Assembly: GCA_965214705.1 (NCBI GenBank)
Contig: OZ243972.1
Span: 3,232,001 to 3,296,000 of the forward strand
Reading direction: 5' to 3'
DNA length: 64,000 nt
Origin: Alphaproteobacteria bacterium
GTDB taxonomy: Bacteria > Pseudomonadota > Alphaproteobacteria > UBA828
Shown here: piece after piece, positions 20,247 to 32,178 of the stretch
Layout of the letters: the number at the start of each line of letters is the position of its first letter
Numbering within the stretch: the first letter of the stretch is position 1
Position numbers and translations under genes: made by a program
The notes under the pieces: generated by a model
What the model was told of the DNA's origin: nothing
Databases searched by the model: none
Seen by the model: the letters and a program-made list of their open reading frames with translations, nothing else

Positions 20247-20861
20247 TTACCGCGAGTAGTATTCGATGACAAGGTTGGGCTCCATCGTCACCGGGTAGGG
20301 CACGTCGGCGAACTTGGGGGCGCGGATGAAGCGGCCCTCCATCCGGTCGTGGTCGACCTCGAGATAGTCGGGCACGTCGCGCTCCGGCGAATCGATCGCC
20401 TCCAGCACCAGCGGCAGCTGCTTCGAGCGCTCGCGCACCGTGATGCGGTCCTCGTCCTTAACCAGGTAGCTGGGGATGGTCACCCGGCGGCCGTTGACCA
20501 GGATGTGGCCGTGGCTCACGAACTGCCGGGCTGCGAACACGGTCGGCACGAACTTCATGCGGTAGACGACGGCATCGAGGCGCCTCTCCAGCAGCCCGAC
20601 CAGATTCTCGCCGGTGTCGCCCTTGCGGTCGCCGGCGATGTGGTAGTAGCGGCGGAACTGCTTCTCGGTGATGTTGCCGTAGTAGCCGCGCAGGCGCTGC
20701 TTGGCCGCGAGCTGCACGCCGAAGTCGGACGGCTTGCGCCGCCGCTGGCCGTGCTGCCCTGGCCCGTAGTCGCGCCGGTTGGTGGGGCTCTTGGGGCGGC
20801 CCCACAGGTTGACGCCGAGGCGCCGGCAAATCTTGTATTTCGACTGCTGTCGCTTGCTCAT
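20247..20861 (-). CDS. rpsD: 30S ribosomal protein S4
   Basis: Alphaproteobacterial S4: [25 protein letters not shown]. Confidence 0.97.
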   Translation of the reverse strand: MSKRQQSKYKICRRLGVNLWGRPKSPTNRRDYGPGQHGQRRRKPSDFGVQLAAKQRLRGYYGNITEKQFRRYYHIAGDRKGDTGENLVGLLERRLDAVVYRMKFVPTVFAARQFVSHGHILVNGRRVTIPSYLVKDEDRITVRERSKQLPLVLEAIDSPERDVPDYLEVDHDRMEGRFIRAPKFADVPYPVTMEPNLVIEYYSR

Positions 20862-20945
20862 CGTGCCCGTGCCGGTGGGAGAATCGCGTGCGCCCGCGGC
20901 CTCCGGCGGCGAGCCGGGCGCACTATAGCCCCCGCCGGTGCAGTG

Positions 20946-21758
20946 TCAATCGGCCGGGCCGGGCGGTTCGCGCCGCCGGAGCCGCTCCCCGGTGAGCGCG
21001 CGCACGACGCCCCGCAGGGTCTGCACGTCCTGGCGGGTCATCGAGATGCGCTCGAACATGGTGCGCATGTTCTGCACCATCTTGGGCCGCATCTCGGGCG
21101 TCGGGAAGAAATCGCGGTCGTCGAGCGCGCCTTCCAGATGCCGGAAGAAGTGCAGGATCTCGTCCTTGGTGGCGGGCCGCGCGCTCCCGGTGGGCGGGGC
21201 CGGCTCTGGCTCGTCCTCCGGCGGGGCGCTCACGAGGCGCCACTCGTAGGCCATGATCAGGACCGCCTGCGCGAGGTTGAGCGAGGCGAAGGCGGGGTTG
21301 AGCGGAATGCGGACGATGGCATCGGCGAGCACCAGCTCTTCGTTCTTGAGGCCGGCCTTCTCCGGCCCGAAGAGGAGGCCAAGGCGGGCGCCCCGACGCC
21401 CCGCATCGCGCAACGCCGTGACCGCATCGCGCGGCGCGAGCTCCGGCTTCAGCAACTCGCGCGGCCGCGCCGTGGTGGCGTGAACCAGGTTGAGGTCGGC
21501 CACCGCTTCCTCGACAGTCGAGCACAGCCGCACGCCGTTCAGCACCGCGTCCGCGCCGGATGCCGCGCCCAGCGCCTTCACGTTGGGCCAGCCGTCGCGG
21601 GGCTGGACCAGGCGCAGGTCGGAGAGACCGCAGTTCAGCATGGCGCGGGCGGCGGCGCCGATGTTTTCGCCGAGCTGGGTGCGCACGAGGATGACCGCTG
21701 GCGCCCCCGCATCGACGTGGGCCGCCGCGCAGGCTTTGCGCCGGTCGGTCCCCGCCAC
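20946..21758 (-). CDS. tRNA/rRNA SPOUT methyltransferase (TrmJ/LasT family)
   Basis: GENIGAAARAM, LFGPEKAGL, SLNLAQAV. Confidence 0.9.
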   Translation of the reverse strand: MAGTDRRKACAAAHVDAGAPAVILVRTQLGENIGAAARAMLNCGLSDLRLVQPRDGWPNVKALGAASGADAVLNGVRLCSTVEEAVADLNLVHATTARPRELLKPELAPRDAVTALRDAGRRGARLGLLFGPEKAGLKNEELVLADAIVRIPLNPAFASLNLAQAVLIMAYEWRLVSAPPEDEPEPAPPTGSARPATKDEILHFFRHLEGALDDRDFFPTPEMRPKMVQNMRTMFERISMTRQDVQTLRGVVRALTGERLRRREPPGPAD

Positions 21759-21799
21759 GGCTCAGCCCGTCAGGGCGCGGGTTGCGCGTGCGCCGCCTT

Positions 21800-23179
<1,380 letters not shown>

Positions 23180-23182
23180 GGC

Positions 23183-24844
23183 TTAACCGGTCCCGCGGTA
23201 GCGGTTGGTGATGGGGTAGCGGCGGTCCTTGCCGAAGGAGCGCAGCGTGAGCTTGATGCCCGGCGGCGCCTGGCGCCGCTTATACTCCGCGATGTCGAGC
23301 ATCCGCCAGATGCGTGCCGCAGTCTCCGCCGCGTGACCGCGGGCCACGATCTCCTCGGTGGAGCGTTCCTCCTCCACCAGGCCGCGCAGCACGTCGTCCA
23401 GCACCTCGTAAGGGGGGAGCGTGTCCTGATCGGTCTGGTCGGGGCGAAGCTCCGCGCTCGGCGGCTTGTCTATGATTGCCTCCGGAATCACCGCACCCTG
23501 CGGACCCTTGAGCCCCGCCATCCAGCTCCCGTTGCGCCAGCGCGCCATGGCGAACACGTCGGTCTTGTAGACGTCCTTCAGCACGGAATAGCCGCCGCAC
23601 ATGTCGCCGTAGAGCGTGGCGTAGCCCACCGACATCTCCGACTTGTTGCCGGTGGTGAGCACCATGTGGCCGAGCTTGTTGCTGATCGCCATCAGGATGA
23701 CGCCCCGTACCCGCGCCTGGATATTCTCCTCGGTCTCGTCCGCGGCGCGGCCGGCGAAGATCGGCGCCAGCGATTCGCCGAGCGCGTCCACCGCCGGCTC
23801 GATCCCCACCACCTCGTGGCGGACTCCGAGCAGGCGCGCGCACTCGGCTGCGTCGTCGAGGGAGGATTGCGCCGTGTAGCGCGACGGCATGGCGACGCAG
23901 AAGACCCGCTCGGCGCCCAGCGCATCGACGGCAACGGCGGCCGTCAGCGCGGAGTCGATGCCGCCCGACAACCCGATCAGCACGCCGGGGAAGCCGTTCT
24001 TTCCGACATAGTCGCGCAGCCCCACCGTCATGGCCCGATAGGACGCGGCATGGCCTTCCGGCAGCGTGGCACGGGTGGCCGGCGTGCAGGTCCAGCCGCC
24101 ACTCTCTCGCGACCAATGGGTGAGCAACAGCGACTCCTGGAAGGCCGGCGCCTGGGCGGCGAGGCTATGGTCGGCGTTGAGGACGAAGGAGGCCCCATCG
24201 AAGACCAGCTCGTCCTGGCCGCCCACCTGGTTCGCGTAGATCAGTGGCAGCTCGGTCTCACCAATCCGCGCGACGGCGAGGTTGAGGCGGGTGTCGCCCT
24301 TGTCGCTTTCGAAAGGCGAGCCGTTGATCACGATCATGATCTCGGCGCCCGATTCCGCGAGGCATTCGGCGACCTCGGGGAACCACATGTCCTCGCAGAT
24401 CATGGCGCCGAGGCGGACGCCGCGAAACGGGATCGGCCCCGGCAGGCCGGGGCGCGCGAACACCCGCACCTCGTCGAAGACGCCGTAGTTGGGCAGCTCG
24501 TACTTGTAGCGCCGCGCCGCCACCTCGCCACGTTCCAGCAGGAGCACGGCGTTGTAGAGCTTGCCGCCCTCAACCCAGGGCGCGCCGATGAGGAGCGCGG
24601 GCCCGCCGTCCGCCGTCGCCGCCGCGAGCGCTTCCACGACAGCCCGCGATTGTTCCTGGAACATCGGTTTGAGCACGAGGTCCTCGGGCGGGTAGCCGGT
24701 CACCACGAGCTCGGTGCAGACCACGAGATCGGCGCCTTGGGCCGCGGCCTCGGCGTGGGCGCGCAGGATCAGCGCCTTGTTGCCCTCCAGGTCCCCCACT
24801 GTGGGGTTGAGCTGGGCGAGCGCGATGGCGAGCGTGTCGGTCAT
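23183..24844 (-). CDS. nadE: Glutamine-dependent NAD+ synthetase
   Basis: N-terminal nitrilase domain (ICEDMW), GLSGGIDS, TTGNKSE, PPSAEL. Confidence 0.95.
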   Translation of the reverse strand: MTDTLAIALAQLNPTVGDLEGNKALILRAHAEAAAQGADLVVCTELVVTGYPPEDLVLKPMFQEQSRAVVEALAAATADGGPALLIGAPWVEGGKLYNAVLLLERGEVAARRYKYELPNYGVFDEVRVFARPGLPGPIPFRGVRLGAMICEDMWFPEVAECLAESGAEIMIVINGSPFESDKGDTRLNLAVARIGETELPLIYANQVGGQDELVFDGASFVLNADHSLAAQAPAFQESLLLTHWSRESGGWTCTPATRATLPEGHAASYRAMTVGLRDYVGKNGFPGVLIGLSGGIDSALTAAVAVDALGAERVFCVAMPSRYTAQSSLDDAAECARLLGVRHEVVGIEPAVDALGESLAPIFAGRAADETEENIQARVRGVILMAISNKLGHMVLTTGNKSEMSVGYATLYGDMCGGYSVLKDVYKTDVFAMARWRNGSWMAGLKGPQGAVIPEAIIDKPPSAELRPDQTDQDTLPPYEVLDDVLRGLVEEERSTEEIVARGHAAETAARIWRMLDIAEYKRRQAPPGIKLTLRSFGKDRRYPITNRYRGTG

Positions 24845-24932
24845 GGTCGGCCGGTTATACACAAAGGAGCCGGCGGTTGCCGGCCCCGATTACCAACGGC
24901 CGCCCGACTCTCGTGGCCCCGGCGAGCGCTCC

Positions 24933-26090
24933 CTAGCGCGAGCGGGGCGATCCGTCCGCGCCATTGCGCAGCAGGAACTCGCGGCCGAGCTTGACCCGTG
25001 CGGTGCCGTCGTAATCCACCACGTCTGCGGTCGCGAAGGTCTCGGACCAGTTCTCGGGCAGGAACGAGCCCGTGCCGATCACGTCGATGGGTGCATTCAC
25101 GCTGGCCATGACCCTGCACTTGGCCGGCCCAAAGCCGGAACTCGCGACGATCTTCACTTTCTCGAAGCCGGCCTCGTCGAGCGCCGCGCGCAGGTGGAAG
25201 AGCGCCGCGGCGCTGACGCCGGTGCCGTGCAGCCAGCGCAGCTCCGCCTCGGTGCGATATTCGCGCACGGCAGTCGGGCAGTAGCGCTCCAGCACGGCGT
25301 ATGACTTCGCCATGTCCAGGCCCTCGACGTAGCGGCTGCCGTGGGTATCGAGGCGGAAGCTCAGCTCGCCGCGCGCGACAAGCTCCGGGAAGCGCCGGCA
25401 CACGGCGAGCGCATCGGTGATCTCCTGCCCGTAGTAGTCGACGAGCACGGTCATCGGCTCGCCCGCGAAAATTTCGTGATACATCTCGGCGGCGCGGACC
25501 GTGGAGCCCGCGTAGCCGATGAAAGCGTGGGGCATGGTGCCGTAGCCCCGCTGATTGCCGAAGTAGTGGGCGGTCGCGTCGGTGGCGTTGCCGATGAAGC
25601 CGACGGCGCCGCACTCCTGCTTCGCTGCCTTCGAGCCCACGCTCGCCGCGTAGGCCATCATCTCGGCCATCTCGATGCCTGCGCAATGGCGCGCGTCCAT
25701 TGCCAGGAACGCAACCTTGGGCAGGCTGCGGGACATGGCATAGGCGTTGTAGGCGGCGACGCAGACGGCGCCCAGCCGCTGCAGGTAAAGCGTCTCCAGA
25801 TCGACGAGGTGGCGGAAAGAGCCCGAGAGATAGATGAGCGGCTCGCCGGCGCCGACCCACTCGCCTTCCTCGAACCGGCACTCGATGGTGAATTCGGTGC
25901 TGCGCTCGGCGGCGACCGAGTTCAGCCACTCGATCATCAGGCGGGGCGCGAAACAGACCGGCCGCCGCATGAACAGCGCGTAGGTGACCTTGGCGTCGCC
26001 GAAGCGGCCGATCGCCTTGCGCGTGCGCGTGAAGTAGTGGTCGGTGTAGCGGGTGACCTCGCTGTCGCGGGGTCCGTCGTGGGGCAACAT
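24933..26090 (-). CDS. Nicotinate phosphoribosyltransferase-like protein
   Basis: TDHYF, GTMPHA, LVDYY, RLDT, ASSGF; adjacent to nadE. Confidence 0.85.
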   Translation of the reverse strand: MLPHDGPRDSEVTRYTDHYFTRTRKAIGRFGDAKVTYALFMRRPVCFAPRLMIEWLNSVAAERSTEFTIECRFEEGEWVGAGEPLIYLSGSFRHLVDLETLYLQRLGAVCVAAYNAYAMSRSLPKVAFLAMDARHCAGIEMAEMMAYAASVGSKAAKQECGAVGFIGNATDATAHYFGNQRGYGTMPHAFIGYAGSTVRAAEMYHEIFAGEPMTVLVDYYGQEITDALAVCRRFPELVARGELSFRLDTHGSRYVEGLDMAKSYAVLERYCPTAVREYRTEAELRWLHGTGVSAAALFHLRAALDEAGFEKVKIVASSGFGPAKCRVMASVNAPIDVIGTGSFLPENWSETFATADVVDYDGTARVKLGREFLLRNGADGSPRSR

Positions 26091-26110
26091 CGCGACCCCC
26101 TTCCGCGCCC

Positions 26111-27493
26111 CTAGCCGTGCAGCGCCCTTGGCTGGGCGGTGGCCGCTCGCTCCTCCCTCAGATGCTCGGAGATGAGGAAGGCGAGCTCCAGCGCCTGCGA
26201 GGCGTTGAGCCGCGGGTCGCAGTGGGTGTGATAGCGGCTGGAGAGGTCCTCCTCGGTGATCGCCTGGGCGCCGCCCAGGCACTCGGTCACGTCCTGGCCG
26301 GTCATCTCGAAGTGGACGCCGCCGGGGTACGTGCCCTCGGCCCGGTGCACCGCGAAGAAGCCGCGCACCTCCGCCAAAACCTGATCGAAGACTCGGGTCT
26401 TGTAGCCGTTGGACGACTTGATCGTGTTGCCGTGCATGGGATCGCAGGCCCAGACCACGTGCCGGCCCTCACCCTGGACGGCACGCACGAGGGGCGGCAG
26501 CTTGGCTTCGACGGCCTCGTGCCCCATGCGCGCGATCACCGTGAGCTTGCCGGGCTCGTTATGCGGGTTGAGCCGGTCGATGAGGGCGAGCAGATCGTCC
26601 GGCGTGATGTTGGGGCCGGCCTTGAGCCCGATGGGATTGCCGACTCCGCTAAGGAAGTCGACATGCGCCCCGTCCACCTGTCGCGTGCGGTCGCCGATCC
26701 AGAGCATGTGCGCGCTGCAGTCGTACCACCCGCCGGTGGTCGAATCGACGCGGGTCAGCGCCTGCTCGTATTCCAGGATCAGGGCCTCGTGGGAGGTGTA
26801 GAACTCGGTCTCGCGGATCTGCGGCGAGGTCTCCTCGGTGAGCCCGCAGGCCGCCATGAAGTCGAGCGTGTCGCCGATCTGGTTGGCGAGCGCCTCGTAG
26901 CGCGCGCCCTGCGTGCTCTCGGCGACGAAACCGAGGTTCCAGCGATGCACGGCGTGGAGGTCGGCGTAGCCGCCGTGGGCGAGCGCCCGCAGCAGGTTGA
27001 GGGTCGACGCGGATTGGCCGTAGGCCCGGAGCAGGCGCTGCGGCACGGGCGTCCGCTCTTCCTCGCTGAAGGCCATGCCATTGATCATGTCGCCGCGGTA
27101 GGCGGGGAGCGTCGTGTCGCCCACGGTCTCGGTGTCCGACGAGCGCGGCTTGGCGAACTGACCCGCGAGGCGGCCGACCTTGACCACCGGCAGCTTGGCA
27201 CCGTAGGTCAGCACCACCGCCATCTGCAGCAGAACGCGGAAGGTGTCCCGCACCGTGTCGGGGTGGAATTCCGCGAAGCTCTCGGCGCAATCCCCGCCCT
27301 GCAGCAGGAAGGCACGGCCCTCGCTCACCCGTGCCAGGCTCTCGCGCAGCCTCCGCGCTTCACCGGCGAAGACCAGCGGGGGCGAGGTCTTGAGGCGCTC
27401 CTCGGCCGAGGCGAGTTCGGCCGCGTCGGGCCATTGCGGCTGCTGCTTGATCGGCAGCCCGCGCCAGCGGCCGGGGTTCCACGTGCCGGGCAT
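26111..27493 (-). CDS. Class II DAHP synthase
   Basis: [43 protein letters not shown]. Confidence 0.95.
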   Translation of the reverse strand: MPGTWNPGRWRGLPIKQQPQWPDAAELASAEERLKTSPPLVFAGEARRLRESLARVSEGRAFLLQGGDCAESFAEFHPDTVRDTFRVLLQMAVVLTYGAKLPVVKVGRLAGQFAKPRSSDTETVGDTTLPAYRGDMINGMAFSEEERTPVPQRLLRAYGQSASTLNLLRALAHGGYADLHAVHRWNLGFVAESTQGARYEALANQIGDTLDFMAACGLTEETSPQIRETEFYTSHEALILEYEQALTRVDSTTGGWYDCSAHMLWIGDRTRQVDGAHVDFLSGVGNPIGLKAGPNITPDDLLALIDRLNPHNEPGKLTVIARMGHEAVEAKLPPLVRAVQGEGRHVVWACDPMHGNTIKSSNGYKTRVFDQVLAEVRGFFAVHRAEGTYPGGVHFEMTGQDVTECLGGAQAITEEDLSSRYHTHCDPRLNASQALELAFLISEHLREERAATAQPRALHG

Positions 27494-27608
27494 GTCGTTC
27501 TCCCGCGGAATTATGTCGTTGTTGCCGTGCTATACGCCCGAACCGTCCGTCGTGCCAGCATTTTCCTGTTTGGCAGCGGTATCTGCCGGCGCGGCGCGCG
27601 CCGACGAG

Positions 27609-28979
27609 CTATTGGGCGGCGTCGGCAACGGGCTCGGGAACCGGTTCGTACATGGTGACGAACTCCTCCGCCGCGGTCGGGTGCACCGCCATGGTCGCGT
27701 CAAACTGGGCCTTGGTCGCGCCCGCCTTGACGGCGATACCCAGTAGCTGCACGGCCTCGCCTGCGCCATCGCCCACCATGTGGCAGCCCACCACCCGGCC
27801 CGAGGCGCGGTCGACGACGAGCTTCATGAAGACGGTCTCTTCCCTCGTCGTGAGCGTGTGCTTGAGCGGGCGGAAGCGGGTCTTGTAGATGTCCACGGCG
27901 GGGTAGGCCTGCCGGGCCTCCTCCTCGGTGAGCCCGACCGTGCCAAGCTCCGGCGTGGTGAAGACCGCCGTCGCGACGTCGCGGTGGTCCGGGTTCTGCG
28001 GGTTGTCGTTGTAGAGAGTTTCGGCAATGCAGCGGCCCTCATGGATCGCCACCGGAGTCAGGTTGATGCGGTCAGTGACGTCGCCGATGGCATAGATGTT
28101 GGCGGCGCCCGTGTGCGAGGCCTCGTCGACCGGGATGGCGCCGCCGTCGGCGGGCTCGATGCCCGCGGTCTCGAGCCCGAGGCCGGCGACGCTGGGCTTC
28201 CGCCCGGTGGCGTACAGCACCTGGTCCGCCTCGATGATCTCGCCGGCTGTGGTCGTGACCGCGATCGCCGACCCGTTGCGCGCGAGCGAGGCCGCGTTGG
28301 TGTTGAGGCGGAGGTCGGCCCCGCCCTTGCGCATCTCCTCGCAGAGCACTTCGCGCAAGTCGTGGTCGAACCCTCGGAGCGGCAGGTCGCGCCGGTAGAG
28401 CTGGGTCACCTTCGAGCCCAGGCCCTGCATGATGCAGGCGAACTCGCAGGCGATGTAGCCGCCGCCCACGATCACGATGTGCTGGGGCAACGCCGGCAGG
28501 TCGAACATCTCGTCCGAGCTGATGGCGAGCTCGATGCCGGGGATGTCGGGCATGGTGGGCCGGCCGCCGGTGGCGATCACGATGGTTTCGGCGCGGTGTG
28601 TCTCGTCGCCGACGGCGACGGTGTGGGCGTCGAGCAGGCGGCCGGTTCCGGGGATATGCGTGGCTCCCGCATTGCGCAGCAGGCGTTCGTAGATGCCTTC
28701 CAGCCGGTCGAGCTCGGCCGATTTGGCCTGCACCATGGCCGACCAGTCGAAGATGCGCTCGCCGACGGTCCAGCCGTAACCGGCGGCGTCCTCGAAGTCG
28801 TGGCTGAAGTGCGAGGCGTAGACCAGGAGCTTCTTGGGGATGCAGCCGCGATGCACGCAGGTGCCGCCGAGCCGGTCGTTCTCGACCACCGCGGCCTTGG
28901 CGCCGTAGCTCGCCGCGCGGCGGGCGCAGGCAACGCCGCCCGAGCCGCCGCCGATCACAAGGAGATCGAAGTCCGCCAT
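27609..28979 (-). CDS. gor: Glutathione-disulfide reductase
   Basis: GGGSGG, GGTCVHRGCIPKK, GGGYIA, HPTAAEE. Confidence 0.95.
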   Translation of the reverse strand: MADFDLLVIGGGSGGVACARRAASYGAKAAVVENDRLGGTCVHRGCIPKKLLVYASHFSHDFEDAAGYGWTVGERIFDWSAMVQAKSAELDRLEGIYERLLRNAGATHIPGTGRLLDAHTVAVGDETHRAETIVIATGGRPTMPDIPGIELAISSDEMFDLPALPQHIVIVGGGYIACEFACIMQGLGSKVTQLYRRDLPLRGFDHDLREVLCEEMRKGGADLRLNTNAASLARNGSAIAVTTTAGEIIEADQVLYATGRKPSVAGLGLETAGIEPADGGAIPVDEASHTGAANIYAIGDVTDRINLTPVAIHEGRCIAETLYNDNPQNPDHRDVATAVFTTPELGTVGLTEEEARQAYPAVDIYKTRFRPLKHTLTTREETVFMKLVVDRASGRVVGCHMVGDGAGEAVQLLGIAVKAGATKAQFDATMAVHPTAAEEFVTMYEPVPEPVADAAQ

Positions 28980-29011
28980 GATTCGCTCTTGTTCGTTTCC
29001 CTCAATCGCCG

Positions 29012-29100
29012 GGCGCTCGCTCCGCTCACTTGGCTCCGCGCCTTCGGCGCGCGGCGCGGTCGCGCCGTCCGGGCCTCCGGCCCGGTTCCGGTTCGCGCGC
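29012..29100. repeat. Cluster of short GC-rich hairpins (REP-like)
   Basis: CGCGCC-TTC-GGCGCG and CCGGGCC-TCC-GGCCCGG; a similar hairpin cluster lies at ~56628-56712. Confidence 0.45.
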
Positions 29101-29183
29101 GTCAGGGGCGGTGCATATATGGTTTTGCGGCGGATTGCACCGGCCGGGCGCTTTTTGGCCGTAACCGCGGCCAGGATTTTGGA

Positions 29184-30071
29184 CTAATCCTCCGGCGGCG
29201 CTGCACAGACCCGCTCGTAGGCGAAGCGCTCGGAGATCAGGCCGTTGTAAGCAAAGATATCGAGCGATGCCTCATAAGCTGGGCGGGTAATCTCGATATG
29301 CGGCGCCCAGCAGCCGAGTTGTTGGTAGGCGGCGATGCAGCGTTCAAGCGCCGCCAGATCGATCTCCGGAAAGTAGGGTTGTTCGGCGCGAGCGACCTCG
29401 GCGGCCGGCGTTTCGTTGAGCCAGAGCCGGGCCTTGCGATACGCGCGTGTAAAGGCCCGCGCCATGCGTGTTTCCAGCCAATCCGGCCGGGTGCACAAGC
29501 TGGAGAAGCCGCAGCGGCCGATCTGGCGGCCGACCTGCGCCACGACATGGCCGATGCCCTCCGCCTCCAGCTGTTGGGGAAACGGTCCCTGTTGCTGGAC
29601 GTACTGGCCCACGCCGTCGCGAAAGGCGCGGTCGATCTCCGCGGCATTGCCCGGATGGATCGCCTGCAGCCGGCCGTAATCGATACCCGCCTTGTGGCAG
29701 GCATACCTGAACATGGCGAGCGGCTGGCCGCCGCCGAACAGCACGACCTCAGCGCCCTCCAGCTTCCGCCAGTCGAAATTGGGGTCCGGCGCCCGCCCGG
29801 TGAGGAAAAAGCCGTCCATCTCGTTGATCTGGGCGAAGTGAACGACGCCGGGGTCCTCGCCCTTCGACAGCGGCCCAAAAGCCTGGCTCGGCGCCGACTG
29901 CACGACATCGGCGGTGCCTTCCCTCAGGGCCGCGATGGCGGAACCTCCCGGCGACGCGACCGACCAGTCCGCCTCCAGCCCCTCCTCAGTCAGGAACCCC
30001 CCGGCCATCGTCGCGATTAGTGGCGAATAGAAGGCCGAGAACAGGGTGAACTGGATGTCGATACGAGTCAT
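29184..30071 (-). CDS. NMT1/THI5-like substrate-binding protein
   Basis: FYSPLIA, GFLTEEGL, DGFFL, QQGPFPQQL; no permease nearby. Confidence 0.75.
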   Translation of the reverse strand: MTRIDIQFTLFSAFYSPLIATMAGGFLTEEGLEADWSVASPGGSAIAALREGTADVVQSAPSQAFGPLSKGEDPGVVHFAQINEMDGFFLTGRAPDPNFDWRKLEGAEVVLFGGGQPLAMFRYACHKAGIDYGRLQAIHPGNAAEIDRAFRDGVGQYVQQQGPFPQQLEAEGIGHVVAQVGRQIGRCGFSSLCTRPDWLETRMARAFTRAYRKARLWLNETPAAEVARAEQPYFPEIDLAALERCIAAYQQLGCWAPHIEITRPAYEASLDIFAYNGLISERFAYERVCAAPPED

Positions 30072-30459
30072 CGGCGGCGCTCCCTCAGCCGGATTGCAGC
30101 CGGCACGGAGTCTAACCCGCATTTCCCACCACGGTCATGGTCTGCCGCGCGAGCGCACAAACTCTTTGTACGTCAATAGCTTGAGAGACCACGGACACGA
30201 GTGAGGCGCCCGATCAAGGAAAATATTCACCAAGTAAGCACCCCGAAGTAAACTCCCGACCATTCCTGACCTCCAATCGTGGTATTCGTTCGGCGAAGCC
30301 GTGGTAGTTTGGGTGAGCGGCAGTTGTGAACGACCGTGGTGACCGGAAACCTCTTGGCTGCGTGCCCTGATGTCATGCGCAGGCCCGGCGCTTCCACGGC
30401 TCGGCCGAATGGTTTCCAATCGTGCGAAAGATTCCCAACAAGCGAGGAGGCATTGACCA

Positions 30460-30581
30460 CTATTCGAAGTCGCAGGCGCTCGCGCTCGTCCCCATCCATG
30501 GCCGTCCACCCTCGCGCTCGCCGAAGCAACCCTCGCGCCACGAACCCTCGTAGATCGTGCCATCGGCCGTGGTGTAGGCCC
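30460..30581 (-). pseudogene. 3' remnant of a MORN-repeat protein truncated by the IS4 element
   Basis: GAYTTADGTIYEGSWREG matches a MORN repeat; frame runs into the IS left end. Confidence 0.6.
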
Positions 30582-31939
30582 CATAAGCGCTAACTTGTTT
30601 GTCATGTCGGCACTCCGTATTGTGGGTTGGTGCGCGCTGCGGGGAGGCTTGGCGGATGGACGAGGAGTGGGAAGTGGTGTCGTTGTTTCTGCCCGAGGGC
30701 TGGCGGGAGTTGGCACGGGAGACCGGGGCCTTGAAGGGTCTGCGCAAGGACAAGTCGGTCGATGCCCTGCTGCGCACGCTGTTGCTGCATCTGGCCTGCG
30801 GACACTCGCTGCGCGAGACCGTGGTGCGTGCGAGGAAGGCGAACCTGGCCGATCTGTCCGACGTGGCCTTGTTGAAGCGGCTGAGGAAGTCGGGGGATTG
30901 GCTTCACGCGTTGTGCGTCGCGCTGTTTCGCGAACAGGGGATGGCGATGTCGGCCGCTGGCGGGTTCCAGGTCAGGGCCTTCGACGCGACGACGGTGAAG
31001 GAGCCGGGCCGGACCGGGGCGCTGTGGCGCCTGCACTACAGCGTGCGCCTTCCGTCGCTGGCGTGCGACTTCTTCAAGCTCACGGCGAGCGAGGGACGGG
31101 GCACGGGCGAGGCGTTCTCGCAGTTCCCGGTCGGCGAGGGCGACTTTGTGCTCGCCGACCGGGCGTACTCGACTGCTGCGGGCCTCCACCACGTGGTGTC
31201 TGCGGGGGGTCACGTCACCGTGCGCGTGAACACCGGGTCGCTGTCGCTTCGAACGCGCGACGGCGCGCCGTTCGACCTGCTTGCACACGTCACGACGCTG
31301 AAGCGGGTCGGCAGCGTGCGATCCTGGCCCGTGCTGGCGGTCGGCGACGGCATCGCGGTGCCGGGGCGCGTGTGCGCGATCAGAAAGACGCAGGAAGCCA
31401 TCAGGCTGGCGCAGCGCAAGCTGCGCAAGGAGGCCGGGCGCAAGGGCAAGCAGGTTCGGCCGCGAACCCTGGAGTTCGCGCGCTACGTCATCGTGTTCAC
31501 GACCTTTCCCGAAGCGGCCTTCAGCGCGGCGCAGGTCCTGGAGTGGTATCGCACCCGCTGGCAGGTCGAACTGGTCTTCAAGCGCTTCAAGTCTCTGGCG
31601 CAGTTGGGGCATCTGCCCAAATACGACGACGAGAGCGCCAAGGCGTGGCTCTACGGCAAACTCCTGGTGGCGCTGCTGGTGGAAAAGCTGATCCGTCATG
31701 CCGGCACGGTTTCCCCCTGGGGATACAGCCTGGAGGCGCTGCCGGCCGCACAGCGCCTGGCGTGACTTCAGGTTCATGCTCAACCAGGGCGTGCGAGCCA
31801 TCGAACCCCATTTGTCCCTCGCCGAGGTGATCGACCAATGGAACCAGATCTCCAAATCCCTCTCCGAACCGTCCCGACGGCGCCTGACCCAAACCGCGGA
31901 ACGCTTCATCGAAGAACCGCAAACAAGTTAGCGAATGTG
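30582..31939 (+). mobile_element. IS4-family insertion sequence
   Basis: Perfect 14-bp inverted repeat CGCTAACTTGTTTG (30588-30601) / CAAACAAGTTAGCG (31920-31933), imperfectly extendable to ~20 bp; no TSD seen. Confidence 0.85.
30656..31765 (+). CDS. IS4-family DDE transposase
   Basis: GGGGAGG RBS; FDAT, LADRAY, YRTRWQVELVFK (YREK motif). Confidence 0.9.
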   Translation: MDEEWEVVSLFLPEGWRELARETGALKGLRKDKSVDALLRTLLLHLACGHSLRETVVRARKANLADLSDVALLKRLRKSGDWLHALCVALFREQGMAMSAAGGFQVRAFDATTVKEPGRTGALWRLHYSVRLPSLACDFFKLTASEGRGTGEAFSQFPVGEGDFVLADRAYSTAAGLHHVVSAGGHVTVRVNTGSLSLRTRDGAPFDLLAHVTTLKRVGSVRSWPVLAVGDGIAVPGRVCAIRKTQEAIRLAQRKLRKEAGRKGKQVRPRTLEFARYVIVFTTFPEAAFSAAQVLEWYRTRWQVELVFKRFKSLAQLGHLPKYDDESAKAWLYGKLLVALLVEKLIRHAGTVSPWGYSLEALPAAQRLA

Positions 31940-31955
31940 GGGAGGTGGGCCGCCT

Positions 31956-32178
31956 GACACCCCGAAACATGGTCCGGTGCGCGTCGTGCGGCGACTGTGC
32001 CAGGCTCGCGCCATGAGGTGTGAAGGTGGACGGAATACGGCGGGCAGGAGGAACGGGCGCTCCGCAATCGAGAGGCTGCCCCTCGCAGTCTGCAACGCGA
32101 TCGTCGTCCCAGCGGAATCCCGCCGATCCCGCTTAATCCCGGCGTGGCCCACAACAAAATTAAGGTTGTTTGTCCCAC
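31956..32178 (+). repeat. Dispersed element copy 2
   Basis: Head GACACCCCGAAACATGGTCCGGTGC...CGCGCCATG; tail ATCCCGCTTAATCCCGGCGT...AAAATT...TCCCAC. Confidence 0.7.
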
